A stretch of DNA of 63,051 bases, the filler included, from Hausera hauseri (lineage: Eukaryota), in the NCBI GenBank assembly GCA_046269625.1. It is 12 parts of 12 records of this genome, joined end to end, with 100 filler letters (N's around TTAATTAATTAA, not from the genome) between each part and the next. Parts side by side here need not be neighbours in the genome. Positions count along the whole stretch, not along the records: positions 1 to 6,944 come from JBJURY010049774.1; positions 7,045 to 11,818 come from JBJURY010440801.1; 10 more parts are not named here. One strand, given 5' to 3'. The notes under the pieces are model-generated. The model saw only the letters and a list, made by a program, of their open reading frames with translations. It searched no databases and was not told the DNA's origin. A program made the position numbers and the translations under genes. Below, piece by piece: positions 1-11,918 of this stretch; the stretch's first letter is position 1, and each line of letters starts with the position of its first letter.

Positions 1-17
1 ATTTAATAAAAATTCAA

Positions 18-98
18 TGCCCACAGCTGGTATTGAACCCGTGATAACACGATCACACGATCGGCAGACGAGCGCATTAACCGCAACGCCACCGCGGC
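18..98 (-). repeat. tRNA-derived (SINE-head-like) sequence
   Basis: Minus strand reads GCCGCGG-TGGCGTTGCGG (A-box-like)...GGTTCAATACC (B-box-like)...CTGTGGGCA. The acceptor stem is imperfect and the middle arm is degenerate. Confidence 0.45.
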
Positions 99-119
99 TC
101 CTAAGCTCAACTTACCAAA

Positions 120-1395
120 TATTAATGTTTTCACGAAAAAAATTGAAATTTGTTTGGTCTTATCTAATTTGAGTTTTTTGCGTAATTTACTTAATATTGA
201 AGTTTTTCTATGATTTTTTGGGTCTTTTATCTCGCCCATCTTAATTGTGAATTTTTTCTATTTTTTTGCACTCAACCCTCTTACGAAAATATGGTTTTTC
301 CACGAAAAAATGTGAAATTTTTCTGGTCTTTTCTAATTTGAATTTTTTGAGTAATTTACTTAATATTGCAGTTTTTCTATCACTTTTTGGTCTTTTGTAT
401 TGCCTATCTTAATTTTGATTTTTTTCAATTTTTTGGCCAGCACCCCTCTAATAAAAACTGGTTTTTCCGCGAAAAAATTTGAAATTGTTCTGGTCTTTCG
501 TAATTTGAATTTTTTGCGCAGTTTACTTAATTTTGAAGTTTTTCAATCATTTTATGGTCTTTTGTCTCCCCTATCTTATTTTTGAATTTTTAAAATTATT
601 TGGTTCGCACCCGTCTTACGAAAATGTGGTTTTTCCCCCAAAAATGTGAAGTTTTTCTGGTCTTTCGTAATTTGAATTCTTTGCGTGACTTACTAAATTT
701 TGAAGTTTTTCTATCATGTTTTGCTCTTTTTTATTGACTATCTTAATTCTAATTTTTTTCAATTTTTTGGCCTGCTCCCCCTTACCAAACTTTTATTTTT
801 CCACGAAAAATGTTTAAGGTTTTTCTGGTCTTTCGTAATTTGATTTTTTTGCGTGACTTACTAAATTTTGAAGTTTTTCTATCATTTTTTGGGTTCTTTT
901 CTGGCCTGTCTTGATTTTGCATTTTTTTCAATTTTTCGGAAATATGTAATTTGTTTTTTTTAAAGTTTGAATTTTTGTTGTTTTCTTCCAATGTGAGCTT
1001 TTTTGCAGAGTTTTCTTAATTTTGAAGTTTTTCTATTATTTGTTTTGGACTTTTTTCTAGCCTATTTTATTTTGGAATTTTTTCAATTTTTTTTGCTCCC
1101 TCCCGCTTACCAAAATTTGTTTAGTAAAACTTTGAAATTTTTCTGGTGATTTGTAATGTGAGTTTTTTTTTTTGGTGTGGAATTGACTTAATTTTTAAGT
1201 TTTTGTATCATTTTTGGGGTTTTATTTTCTGGCCTATCTTAATTTTTAATGTTTTCAAATTTTTTTCTGGCTTTTCCCCTTCAAATTTTGGTTTTTCAAA
1301 GAAAATATTTGAAATTAGGTGTATTTTTACGGAATTTAATTATATTTTAAGTGTTTTTTAATCATTTTTGGTCTTTTTTTCTGGCCTATTATACT
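120..1395 (+). repeat. Degenerate ~168-bp AT-rich tandem satellite, T-rich orientation
   Basis: Motif CTGGTCTTT..TAATTTGA recurs at about 155, 324, 490, 657 and 825, a period of 166-169 bp. Confidence 0.85.
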
Positions 1396-1399
1396 TTTG

Positions 1400-2265
1400 A
1401 AGATTCAGGATCCCAGGTTGGACGCTTCTGTTTTGGACATCCGCCTTTAGCAGGGCTTTCGATGGCATGCGGTCTGTTCTGACTATAAATTTACTGTTAT
1501 GGAGGTAGAAGTTTAGTTTTTGCAGGGCATAGTGGATTGTGTGTTCTTTTTTCTACCACAGCCAATTTCGTCTGTGATTTTGTTAGTCTATGTGATAGGA
1601 AGCAGATGGGTTTCTCTTTTTTAATCTTCTTTCCTTTCACTACCTCTTCGCCATTTTCATACGTTAACACTGCTCCTATCGCATAGTCTGATGTGTCCGT
1701 AGGTAGTTGTTTGGGTTAGGATATGCTAGCATTGGCACTACTGTCATAATCTCCTTTAAATAATCAAATGCTGTCTGACATTCTCCACCCCACCGGAATC
1801 TTGCGAATTTTCTGGTCAGTGTTACCAGCCGTTCAGCTATCCTCGAGAAATTTAGGATGAAACGTCTATAGTTCCCACACGTCCCCCGAAATCCTCTGAC
1901 TTCTTTGGTATTTCTTGGCGCTGCCATCGATTTTATCGCTTATACTTTATCATTGTCTGGTTTCATGCCTTCTCGGGTGATCACAAATCCTAGGTATTTC
2001 GTTTCTTCCTTCAAAAATTCGAATTTACTAAGTTTGTGTTCTCTCATCCGGTCAAATACTTTATCAACGTGTTCGAGATGATCTTCTACATCTCCCTTTG
2101 TAAAGATCAGGACGTCGTCTATATAAGCTAAAGTGTAACATAGCATCCATTACAGCACTATGTTCATTAGGTACATATATGTGGCTGGTGAGCCTTTTAA
2201 ACCAAAGGACATCACATTCTACGCGTAGAGTAACGCATGGGTACAAATTGCACTCTTCTCTTTCG
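1400..2265 (-). mobile_element. Decayed Gypsy pol fragment (RT-RNase H)
   Basis: YIDDVLIF, KYLGFVIT, YRRFILNFSRIAERL and RNase H remnants, with stops and frameshifts. Confidence 0.9.
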
Positions 2266-2273
2266 CTTCTGGC

Positions 2274-2328
2274 GACATTGGAATACACCAGAACCTGGTG
2301 TATTCTGGTTCTGGTGTATTCCAATGTC
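2274..2328. repeat. Perfect 22-bp inverted repeat with an 11-nt loop
   Basis: GACATTGGAATACACCAGAACC (2274-2295) and its exact reverse complement (2307-2328). Confidence 0.9.
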
Positions 2329-2329
2329 A

Positions 2330-5075
2330 AAAAATTAAAGAAATTCAAAATTAACTTAGGAAGAGAAAAAAGACCCGAAAATCATAGAAAAACTTAGCAA
2401 TTAAGTCCTCACAAAAAACTCAAATTAGAAAAGACCAGAAACATTTCCAATTTTTTCTTGGAAAAATGAAAGAAAAACTTCAAAATTAAGTTAATTCCAC
2501 AATAAAACTCAAATTTCTCATTTTTTCCTGGAAAACCAAATATTGACGGGAAAAAAACCAGAAAAAAAGTGAAAAAATTCAAAATTAACATAGGTCAGAA
2601 AAAAGATTAAAAACAATAAAATAATTCTTCAAATTTAAAAATATCCACAACAATGCTCACATTGGAAAAGACTTTAAAAAATTTCAACTTTATTTAAAAA
2701 AAACACAAAAATTGGTCGGGTGAGGGGATGAAAAAATTGAAAAAGGAATCAAAATTAGGATACTCCAGAAGAGAAAAAATACCACAAAATGATAGAAAAA
2801 CTTCAAAATTAAGTAAATTCTACCAAAAAAAATCAAATTGGAAAAGATAAAACAAATTTCAATGTTTCTCTTGGAGAAACTAAATGTTCAGGGTAAATTG
2901 ACCGAAAAGGTGAAAAAAATAAAAATTAGGATAGGCCTGGAAAAAAGACCAAAAAATGATAGGACAATTTCAAATGTAAGGAAATTCTTCAAAAAAGCTC
3001 ACATTTAAAAAAAAAGAAAAAAATTTCAAGCTTTTTTAAAAAAAAACAAATTATATATTTCCAAAAAAAAAAAAAAAATTGAAAAAAATTCAAAATTAAG
3101 ATAGGCCAGAAAAGGACCAAAAATGATATAAAAACATCAAAATTAAGTAAAGTATGCAACAAACTGACATTGGAAAAGAATACAAAAATTTCAAACATTT
3201 CTTTACAAAACCAAATGTCTGTAACGAGGGACAGGGGAAAAAAATTGAAAAAATTCAAAATTAAGATAGACCAGAAAAGAACCAAAAAATTATATAAAAA
3301 CCTTAAATTTAAGTAAATTATGCAAAAAAAAAAAAAAAAACACACAATAGTAAAGATCAGTAACATTTCAAACGTTTTTAAAAAACCAAATTTTGGTAAA
3401 ATTTAGCGCAAAAAAATTGAAAACGCTCAAAATTAAGATAGGCGAGAACAGAAAAAATACCAAAAAAATGATGGAAAAACTTAAAAAATGAATAAATTCT
3501 ACGCACAAAATTCGAACAGGAAGAGATGAAAAATTTGCACTGTTTTTCTAGGAGAAACCAAATTTTGATGGGGAAATGTCCCAAAAGGTAAAAAAAAAAT
3601 ACAAAATTAGGATAGGCCTGGAAAAAAGAGCACAAAAATATAGGAAAATTTCAAAATTAAGCAAATTCTATAAAAAAAGTGCACATTGGAAGAAAACAAC
3701 AAAATTTCACACTGAAAAAAAAAATTCTTTTCCAAAAAAAATTGAAAAAAAAACAAAATTAAGATAAGCCAGGAAAAAGACCAAAAATGATAGGAAAACT
3801 TAAAAGTTAAGTAGATTCCGCAATAAAACTCCAACTTCCAAATTTTTACGTGGAAAACCAAACTTTGGCGGGAAAAATCACGAAAAAAAAGTAAAAATTC
3901 AAAATTAACATAGACCAGAAAAAGACTAAAAAATGATAAGAAAAAACTTCAGCATCAAGAAAATTCCTCAAAAATGCTCACATTGTAAAAGACTAAAAAA
4001 TTTCACACTTATAACAAAAAATTGGACAGAGAGATCAAAAATTAGAAAAAAAAAAATCAATATTACGATAGTCTAGAACAGAAAAAATACCAAAAAATGA
4101 TAGAAAAACTTAAAAAATGAGTAAATTCTAGCCAAAAAATCGAATTCGAAAAGATACAAAAATGTCATTCTTTTTATTGGAAAAACTAAATTTTGAAGGG
4201 AAAATAACCGAAAAGGTGAGAAAAAAATCACAATTACGATATGCGTGGAAAAAAGACCAAAAAAAAAATGACAGGAAAACTTAAGAAGTAAGTAAACTCC
4301 ACAATAAAACTTCAATTTCTAAATTTTTCTTGGAAAACCAAATTTTGGCGGGAGAAATTGGTCAGGGAGATCAAAAATTTGAAAAAAAAAAAAATCAAAA
4401 TTACAATAGTCTAGAACAGAAAAAATACCAAAAAATGATAGAAAATTTTTAAAAACGAGTAAATTCTACCCAAAAAAAAATCGAATTCGAAAAGATACAA
4501 AAATTGCATTCTTTTTCTTGAAAAAAACTAAATTTTAATTGGAAAATAAACGAAAAGGTGAAAAAAAAAATCAAAATTACGATAGGCGTGGAAAAAAGAC
4601 CAAAAAAAAAAAAAATCTAGGAAAACACAAAAAGGAAGTAAATTGAACAATAAAACTCAAATTAGAAAAGACCAGAAACATTTCGAATTTTTTTTTCAGA
4701 AAACACATTTTACAAAGCAGCGAAGGGGCTTAAAAATTGAAAAAATGGAAAAAAAAAGGCGAGTAAAAAGGGAAAAAATTTAAAATTAACATAAGCCAGA
4801 GAAAAGACTAAAAAATGACAGAAAAACTTGAAAATTAAGAAAATTCCGCAAAAAAAAGCTATTATTGATAAAGACTAAAGAAAATTTCCAACTTTTAAAA
4901 AAAATTAATTTGGTTACAGGGTGGCGGGTAACAAAATTGAATAAATTCAAAATGCGCCAGACAAAAGACCCAAAAATGATTAAAAAAAAAAACTTAACAA
5001 TTAAGTAAATTCCACAAAAAACCAAATTTTGGTAAAAACAGGGCAACAAAATTGAGAAAATAAATTCAAAACTAA
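2330..5075 (-). repeat. Same ~165-170-bp satellite in inverted, A-rich orientation
   Basis: Reverse-complement motifs (TCAAAATTAAGATAGGCCAG, AAATGATAGAAAAACTTCAAAATTAAGTAAA) repeated throughout. Confidence 0.85.
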
Positions 5076-5082
5076 TGTAATG

Positions 5083-5720
5083 ACACATCTCAAGATTTCA
5101 GAGCAATGCATGGCAGTCTCAAATGAGAGATCTGGCGATTCCCGATTAATGTATCGCATTGTGCGACAACAGATCTAAAGATTGAAATACTAGAATACTA
5201 CATTCTTCCGTTATAGCTCATGATTCTATAGCAAAGATTTGATAGTGATATTCTTCTTAGACAGATATAATACCGTAATAATGAAAAAGATTTTAGTATA
5301 ACATATCTCACGATTTCCAAATAATGCTCGAGGTCCTGAAATGAAAGGATCTCATAATATCTGGTAACGCAGGTCGTTCTGGGATGTAAGATTTTATGGT
5401 ATGTATGTTACATATGTAGTGCACGACAATCTTTGATGACTGATCTTACGACATGCAAGGAGTTGCAAGACATTCCTAGATGAGAGACCTAATTAATTGC
5501 AAACAATGCACCACATTTTGAGATGAAATTCAAATTGCTGGAAATTCTGCGGTTTCGAGATTCTCACTTATTCCAGAGCAAAGTTTGAGCTTCTTGGTTG
5601 ACAAATCTCACGATATCATATGAATGCACAACATTCTGGCATAACGTATTTCATGATTTCTGATGAATGGTAGTAGAGGCTCTGGGATGTCTGATTTCAT
5701 TATCTAATTAGTCCCGTAGC
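5083..5720 (+). repeat. Highly degenerate ~43-bp tandem repeat
   Basis: An ATCTCAnGATT-like motif recurs at about 5087, 5129, 5172, 5216, 5305, 5348 and 5390. Confidence 0.5.
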
Positions 5721-5870
5721 ATTATGCACGCTGCAGGTGAATGAAGTATTAGTGCCTTCATTTTTGTAGGCTTCAGTTTTGTGAATAGGGACGCCACAAC
5801 TTTCTTTTTTCACTGCATTTGTTTCCCAGGCTGGGTGAACCTGAGGACCGGCTGTTGAAAAAATTCGCCA

Positions 5871-5945
5871 TTTCTGGGAATTGAACTTAAACCACTTGAC
5901 TCAGCAGCCAAGTCAAGGATAGCTAACCACTACGATAGCAGAGCC
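5871..5945 (-). repeat. tRNA-derived SINE-head-like sequence
   Basis: Minus strand GGCTCTGCTATCGTAGTGGTTAG...GTTCAATTCCC, with A-box-like and B-box-like motifs. Confidence 0.4.
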
Positions 5946-6425
5946 ATAATTGCATGTAATCAAAATTGTAATATTTTTTAATTCACACCCCCCCCCCCCC
6001 CCAAAAACTAAATTGTTTTAAAACACCAAGTGGCTTAAGAAATACAAGAATGTAAATTAAAATGTAATGCAACGATCTGCACAATTTAAACTCGATATCT
6101 GAGGAACAGTCGAGATCGTGACCGTCTAATATATTCTGAGAAGGTACAAATCCGCAGACGGCTCTGCATTAAAAACAGACACCGTCCCACGGGGGGGTTA
6201 GGAACACTTTTCAAAATTACTGACATTGAAAACAGTTCGTCTTCGGATTTACACATGTTAACGGTTAAACTTTGGTGAACAAGGTTACAATTTTTCAATA
6301 TAAGGGAAAAAGAAGATTTTAAGAAGATCCAGAAGCAGCGTAGCACTGCCTCGCTTTGGAGGAATAAAAAAAAAAGGCCGAAGAGGTAGACCAAAAAAAA
6401 GGCATGTTTCTTTGATAGGCGGGGC

Positions 6426-6495
6426 TCCTCTGTGGCTCAGTGGTTAGGACGCTCATCTCAGAATCTGAAGGTAGGGGGTTCAAAACCACGTAGGA
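6426..6495 (+). repeat. tRNA-derived SINE head
   Basis: A box TGGCTCAGTGG (6433-6443) and B box GGTTCAAAACC (6477-6487). The cloverleaf stems are imperfect. Confidence 0.55.
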
Positions 6496-6944
6496 TCCCA
6501 CTCATGATGGACTGGCCATCTGTTGTGAGTTTTAGTGGAGCCATTGAAACATTGGCGGCTTTTGTTGATGCCCCTGTGCACCACAAGGTGTATGGGTCAA
6601 ATTCGTTTTTTGACAGGCTGGTCAAATAGCTTGGGAAGAGAACTAATTATGGACATCAAAGAATATGCACCACAGAGAAGCATGTTTATCGCTGTCTACA
6701 GGGAAAACAATTTAATCCATCAAACTGAAAAGTACTGGTAAATATGACCAAAAAAATAAATAAATACATTTTGTGTGTCAGTGTCTCATCTTCAGTGTCA
6801 ATGTCAAGCAAGTGGAAATTATCATAATATAGACAATAAACTTTGACGTTCCATTAAAAGTTTCACACAGACACATCTGGCAAAATTAACAAGAGTATAA
6901 TAAAAAGCCATTGCCTGGGAAAATTTTCAGCGCAAAACATTCTG

Positions 6945-7044
6945 NNNNNNNNNNNNNNNNNNNNNNNNNNNNNNNNNNNNNNNNNNNNTTAATTAATTAA
7001 NNNNNNNNNNNNNNNNNNNNNNNNNNNNNNNNNNNNNNNNNNNN
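6945..7044. other. Artificial contig linker
   Basis: 44N-TTAATTAATTAA-44N. Confidence 0.99.
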
Positions 7045-8201
7045 TTACTTTCTACATATTTGACAATATTAGCGTCTTCGACAAAGGAACATGCAGAAAT
7101 TCATGGCATATTTACAAATCTTTTTTGACATAGTTCATTCTGAAACTTCAAAATTTGGAGTAATTTCAGTTTGACTTGACAATCGGCTTTTCTCCCACGT
7201 TATTCTCGGTGATGAAATCTCTACGGATTGTTTGGAAATATCCGTATTCCAAAACGACAAACAGGGAATAATTATTTTTTATCAAATTATTTTGTGATGA
7301 AGACCTCATATTTACTGTAGAATATGAAATACTTCTAGCTTTGTAAGACAGGTTAATTTCGAATATCTGGATGTCTAGTTGGGGCGATATGTGGCCACTT
7401 TTCTAGAGTGTTGTTCTCAAATGGCAATAATTGACTAACTGATTTATTTTTATTTTACTTCTGTTTTCTGAGATTGACCAGGAAGACGACGAATATAATT
7501 ATGAAAGCCAGTAGTAAAACGTAATTATTATATCAAGGATTATTTCAGTTGATGCAACATTCAAATTGCTTCCATTTGATTTTCTAGTCACGGAGTCCAA
7601 AACTGTATCAAAATTCAAATTCCTTCGAATCAAAAGAAAGAAAGTGTATAATCTGTTATTTTTGATTGGAGTAACAAAAGATTTTTCTTCAAGTCCATTG
7701 TTTGAGAACACGAAACAAAACCGCAAAATGTTTCAGCCGTATACTATAATATGTCATTTGGTAAAATGGAATTTTCGTTTGAATCGATAATTGACGTGTT
7801 TCCAAAAAGCATTTGAGATATTTCTTTTGAAGAAGAGTATTTCGGTGTGACATCAGGTTTGTTGTTTGATTTGTTAGTTCGAAACGACACGGAAATATTA
7901 TTGTGCAACGAATTCGTTCGTTCGTCAGACACGCCGCAATTTCAATTATTTGTTCCCGTTGAACAGTCTTCCCGATCAAAATTAGTACGATACTTGACAT
8001 CGTCCTCATAATTTGAACTCATCCTTTGAAGTGGGCACTTGGAAATTTGAAATAAGAATGGATGACATCTGATCGATGATAGATCACTTGTAGTTTAAAA
8101 TGATTGTTGTTGTGTTCGTGTCGATGAAGGTTATTGGTCAAGTATGTTTGCTAAAATAGGCAAATCCAGTTAATAATGAGAGGATGCATTATTGGAGTTC
8201 T

Positions 8202-8318
8202 TGTGAAATTTCCGAGTCGAGGAATCGGGCCCAACTATGCCCCCGACGCGGCGGCGGCGGACGCCCGATCATGTCCAACCAAATGGGCCAGAGGGCGTCG
8301 GCCGCTGTGGGCACCACA
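8202..8318 (-). repeat. Short 117-bp GC-rich 3' LTR
   Basis: Minus strand: PPT-like CCAGAGGGGTGA, then TGTGGTGCCCACA...ATTTCACA (TG...CA ends). Confidence 0.75.
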
Positions 8319-10650
8319 TCACCCCTCTGGCAAAGTGAAAACTATAAAGGGTAAAAGAGACAGAAAAAACCGCAAAACGAAAAAGTGCCTGTGTCAGCTG
8401 GTCTTATTGTGAACAAGACGTTGGGTGACCTACTGATTTTTCCCTGCTATATTTGCTGAATGTGACTGTGCGTGTTTTGACTTTTTGCGGTGTGTTTGCT
8501 TTCTGAGTTTAAAGTTGGGAAAAATTGTCGGATTTTGATGTGAGTGTTGTGTCGTGCGAAGACGAATTAGAATGAAAAGAAGAAGGTGAAAGAGGGAGAG
8601 ATTGTTGAAGGGGTACGGTTATAGGTATTCATGAAGGTGTTAGAAGACGGAGGAATGATAAAAGGTGTATTGGCGGATAAAGGAAGAGAGAAAAGAGTTT
8701 GAGTAGAAGTTGGAATTGAATTGTGTGAAAGAGTGGAAGTGGAAGATGGAACAGAGGTAGTAATAGAGAGAGGAAGAGCGATATGGATAGAAGTAAAGAG
8801 AGGAGGAAGTTGCGAAACGGAATTGAAAGGGGTGAAAGGCGATGTGTGTGGAGAAAGGGGGAAAGAAAGCGCCGAAGATGAGGAAGGTGTGGAAGAGAAG
8901 GACAGAGAGGGATAGAAAAAGGCGAAGAGGTACAAAATGGAAGAGAGCAAGAAGATGGAAAAGTCGAAGGAAAGTAGTTGGAAAGTGGTGTGCAAGAGGT
9001 TGAAATGATGAAAGGGGTGGATGGAGAGATTGGTGAAGTCGAAGTGGAGTTTGATGGAGGAAGTACTGTAAAAGGAGGAAGCAAGTTGTTATGAGGGGAT
9101 GAAAGAGGTATGAAAATGCTTGGCGGTGAAAAATCGGATGGGGAAAAAGAGGCTAAATTGTGAGAAAGAATTGAAGTAGAAGTTTACGAAAAAAGTGTAG
9201 GCAAAGGTGGATTAGGAAATTGATCAGAGATGGAAGGTGAATTGTTGGATTGCTGCGTGTCGTGTATAGATGCTGATGGAGAGGTGGTTTCGATGGGAGA
9301 CGTATTGTCAATGAAGAAAGCCGGTTTAGCGTTGTTGATGTAGTCTGCTACTTCTTTGTCGTCCTTGAAAATGATGATGTTGTGGGAGTGTAAGCGAATT
9401 ACTTTGTAAGGACCGACATACTGAGGTTGAAAACCACACGGCGTCTGATTCTTTAGCCAAAGGAACTTGGCAGTATATAAATCGTCGGGTATGTAGGGTT
9501 TATTTACGTTTAACAGTCTGCAAAATGAGTCTTTTGTGATCTCAACAAAGTGTCTCTGTGCCGCTTGTATGGTTTCGTTTGTAGGAGTATTGTCCAGCTC
9601 AGTCAGCTCCAATAATTATCCGATGGAAGTGTCAAATAATGCTTTTGCAGGTGAACAGCCTGTAGAAGTAGATGGTGTGTTCCGCCAGCCAAGCAAAACG
9701 TACGGAAGGAGTGTGATCCAACTGCGATTGGACTCAACAAGGATTCTGAGAGGCGTTTTCATCGTTCGGTGAAAGCGTTCGAGAAGGCCATTCTACTGAG
9801 AATGATATTCTGACGTGTGAATGTGGTTAATTCCCAATCGATTGACAAGAGCTTTAAACAGGTTGGATTCAAACTGTGGGCCTTGGTCAGAAATTATGTG
9901 GCGAGGTAATCCAAACATGCTGATCCAAGTGCGGATGAAAACGTCTGCGATTGTTTCCGTGTTGGTGCTCCGAAGCGGGACAGCCTCTGGCCATCGAGAG
10001 AAACGGTTCATCATTGTGAGGATGAACTGACGGCCGTTTTCTAAGGGTAGTGCGCCTACGAGGTCAATGTGGACAGATTCAAAACGAGACGTGCAGAAAA
10101 AATGATATAGTGGTGGCTTTAAGTGCTTAGTAACTTTGTATTTTTAGCATGCCACACACTGCCTAACCCATGCCTGCACATCAGGGCGCATCGGCGGCCA
10201 TACTACTTAATGCTGTAAGAGTCGAAAAGTGGCCTTGGCACCAGGATGGTGTAACGAAAGGATGTTGCTGAATTCTTCTTTTTGAAGCGATTCAGAAAGG
10301 ATGACTTTAGGATTATTAGGTTTGGAGGTGTCAAAGGCCACACTGTCGATAGTTTTGCACGATTTAAAAGATTTAATGATATCCATAGGTGGCTGGTATT
10401 GTTGAAGTTTGGATTGAGGGAAAATTGGTGTCAAATCAGTCGAGCTGACCGATCGGGACAAAACGTTAGCTACTAAATTGTCGACTCCGTCTAGGTGTTG
10501 AATGTCAAAATTAAATGTGGACAAATATGATATTTGCCTCTCCTGATGTAGAGAATACGATTTCATGGTGAGAATTTGAAACAATGGCAGTTTGTATTGT
10601 AAAGGTTTGTGCGGTTAAAAGATGCTTAAAGTGTTTTACGGCAAGGACTG
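8202..10650 (-). mobile_element. 3' half of a CsRn1-like Gypsy element: RNase H end, integrase, S/P/T-rich tail, PPT and 3' LTR
   Basis: HHPGAKAT, RFSRWPEAVPL, ISDQGPQFES, YVGPYKVI and NAKPAF motifs. Collinear with 51450-53232. Contains stops and frameshifts. Confidence 0.92.
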
Positions 10651-10761
10651 TGGTGCATTGCCCACATTTACCCACCAATAAAAATAGCCATTCGTGCAAA
10701 TTTGTTTAAATATGCAGTGGTAAATGGATTGATTTAAAAAATATATATTAAACTTTTTACA
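10649..10761 (+). repeat. AT-rich LTR-like repeat related to the solo LTR at 22999-23199
   Basis: Shares TGCCCACATT.ACCCA, ATAG.CATT and TTTGTTTAAATAT with the reverse complement of 22999-23199. Ends TTTTACA. Lies where the pol fragment is truncated. Confidence 0.55.
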
Positions 10762-10929
10762 AGGCATTTATCTTTTGTTTTTAGTTTTTGTAGCCGACGT
10801 CATTTTTGTAACTGGACTTATTCAGATTCTTGCAGATCAATTTCTATCAAAAATATTATCGAATTAACCGAAATAAAATGACAGGTTTTCACAGCTACAG
10901 CACATGAAATAGAGCAAACTGCAGCAGTA

Positions 10930-11818
10930 ATGTACAATCCGTGGGACAATGTTACTAAATCAAACGAATATCCAATATATGTCCCCACGAAAACATTAAC
11001 ACTGTTGCTGATTGTGGCTGCAGTTGAAAGTGATGAAAGACAATTAGATTACAATCCAGCGGACAAACAAATTGATACTAATCCAGCCGACAGTCAATCA
11101 GTAGACTTGGACAAGTCAGTTGGTATCAGTCAAGTGCGCGAAGATCTCGCACTTACGCAATCGGACGATGATTTATTCCATCCGACATATTACCAACCAC
11201 AGCCGAAGAAGTCAGTTTACACGACTAGTCGAACCGCCCAGCCGTCAGGTTCGAATGACCAAGCATAGGCTGGATCAGTTAACAAAGGCTCAACGTGTAG
11301 CTAACAATACACAGGAACGTATTTTTATAAAAAATCGTCTGCAGTCGAAGTGGCAGACAGAATATAAGCGCCGAAGAAGGAATCGGCTGCAATTGAAACT
11401 TCAGTCAGACGTAACATTGCATACGGTGCAGTTGACAAAAAGAAATGATCCAGTGGTGCAAAAAAACCTAGAAAAACGGTTTGAAATCAAAAGCAAACCG
11501 AAACAATCAGAAGCCGATAAGCAATTGACTGCATCAAAGAAAGAAATAGAACAATTGCGCACAAGAAATGCTTATCTACAGAAAGTGATGGAACAGCAGG
11601 CGGCGGATATCTACCGACTGAGGAAAGAACAACGAATAGCAAAATCTGACTCAATGTAGAAGCCTTTTCTTATTAATGTCGCAGTAGAAGCAAATACAAA
11701 GATGGAAGAAAAGGAAATTCAGTCAGTCCAAGCGATAATGTTAGATGCTGAAACAAATCATCCAATGGACAATGTTTCTGTGGCGACTCAGACGGATCAA
11801 CCTGCTGATAATCGACAA
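10930..11818 (+). pseudogene. Unidentified disrupted ORF with a coiled-coil and a TQT motif
   Basis: ORFs 10930-11268 and 11120-11659. The frame continues past the stop to NVSVATQTD. Confidence 0.35.
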
Positions 11819-11918
11819 NNNNNNNNNNNNNNNNNNNNNNNNNNNNNNNNNNNNNNNNNNNNTTAATTAATTAANNNNNNNNNNNNNNNNNNNNNNNNNN
11901 NNNNNNNNNNNNNNNNNN
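11819..11918. other. Artificial contig linker
   Basis: 44N-TTAATTAATTAA-44N. Confidence 0.99.

Noticed and set aside
3-5088. Phe- and Lys-rich ORFs
   Set aside because: Translation artifacts of the T/A-rich satellite.
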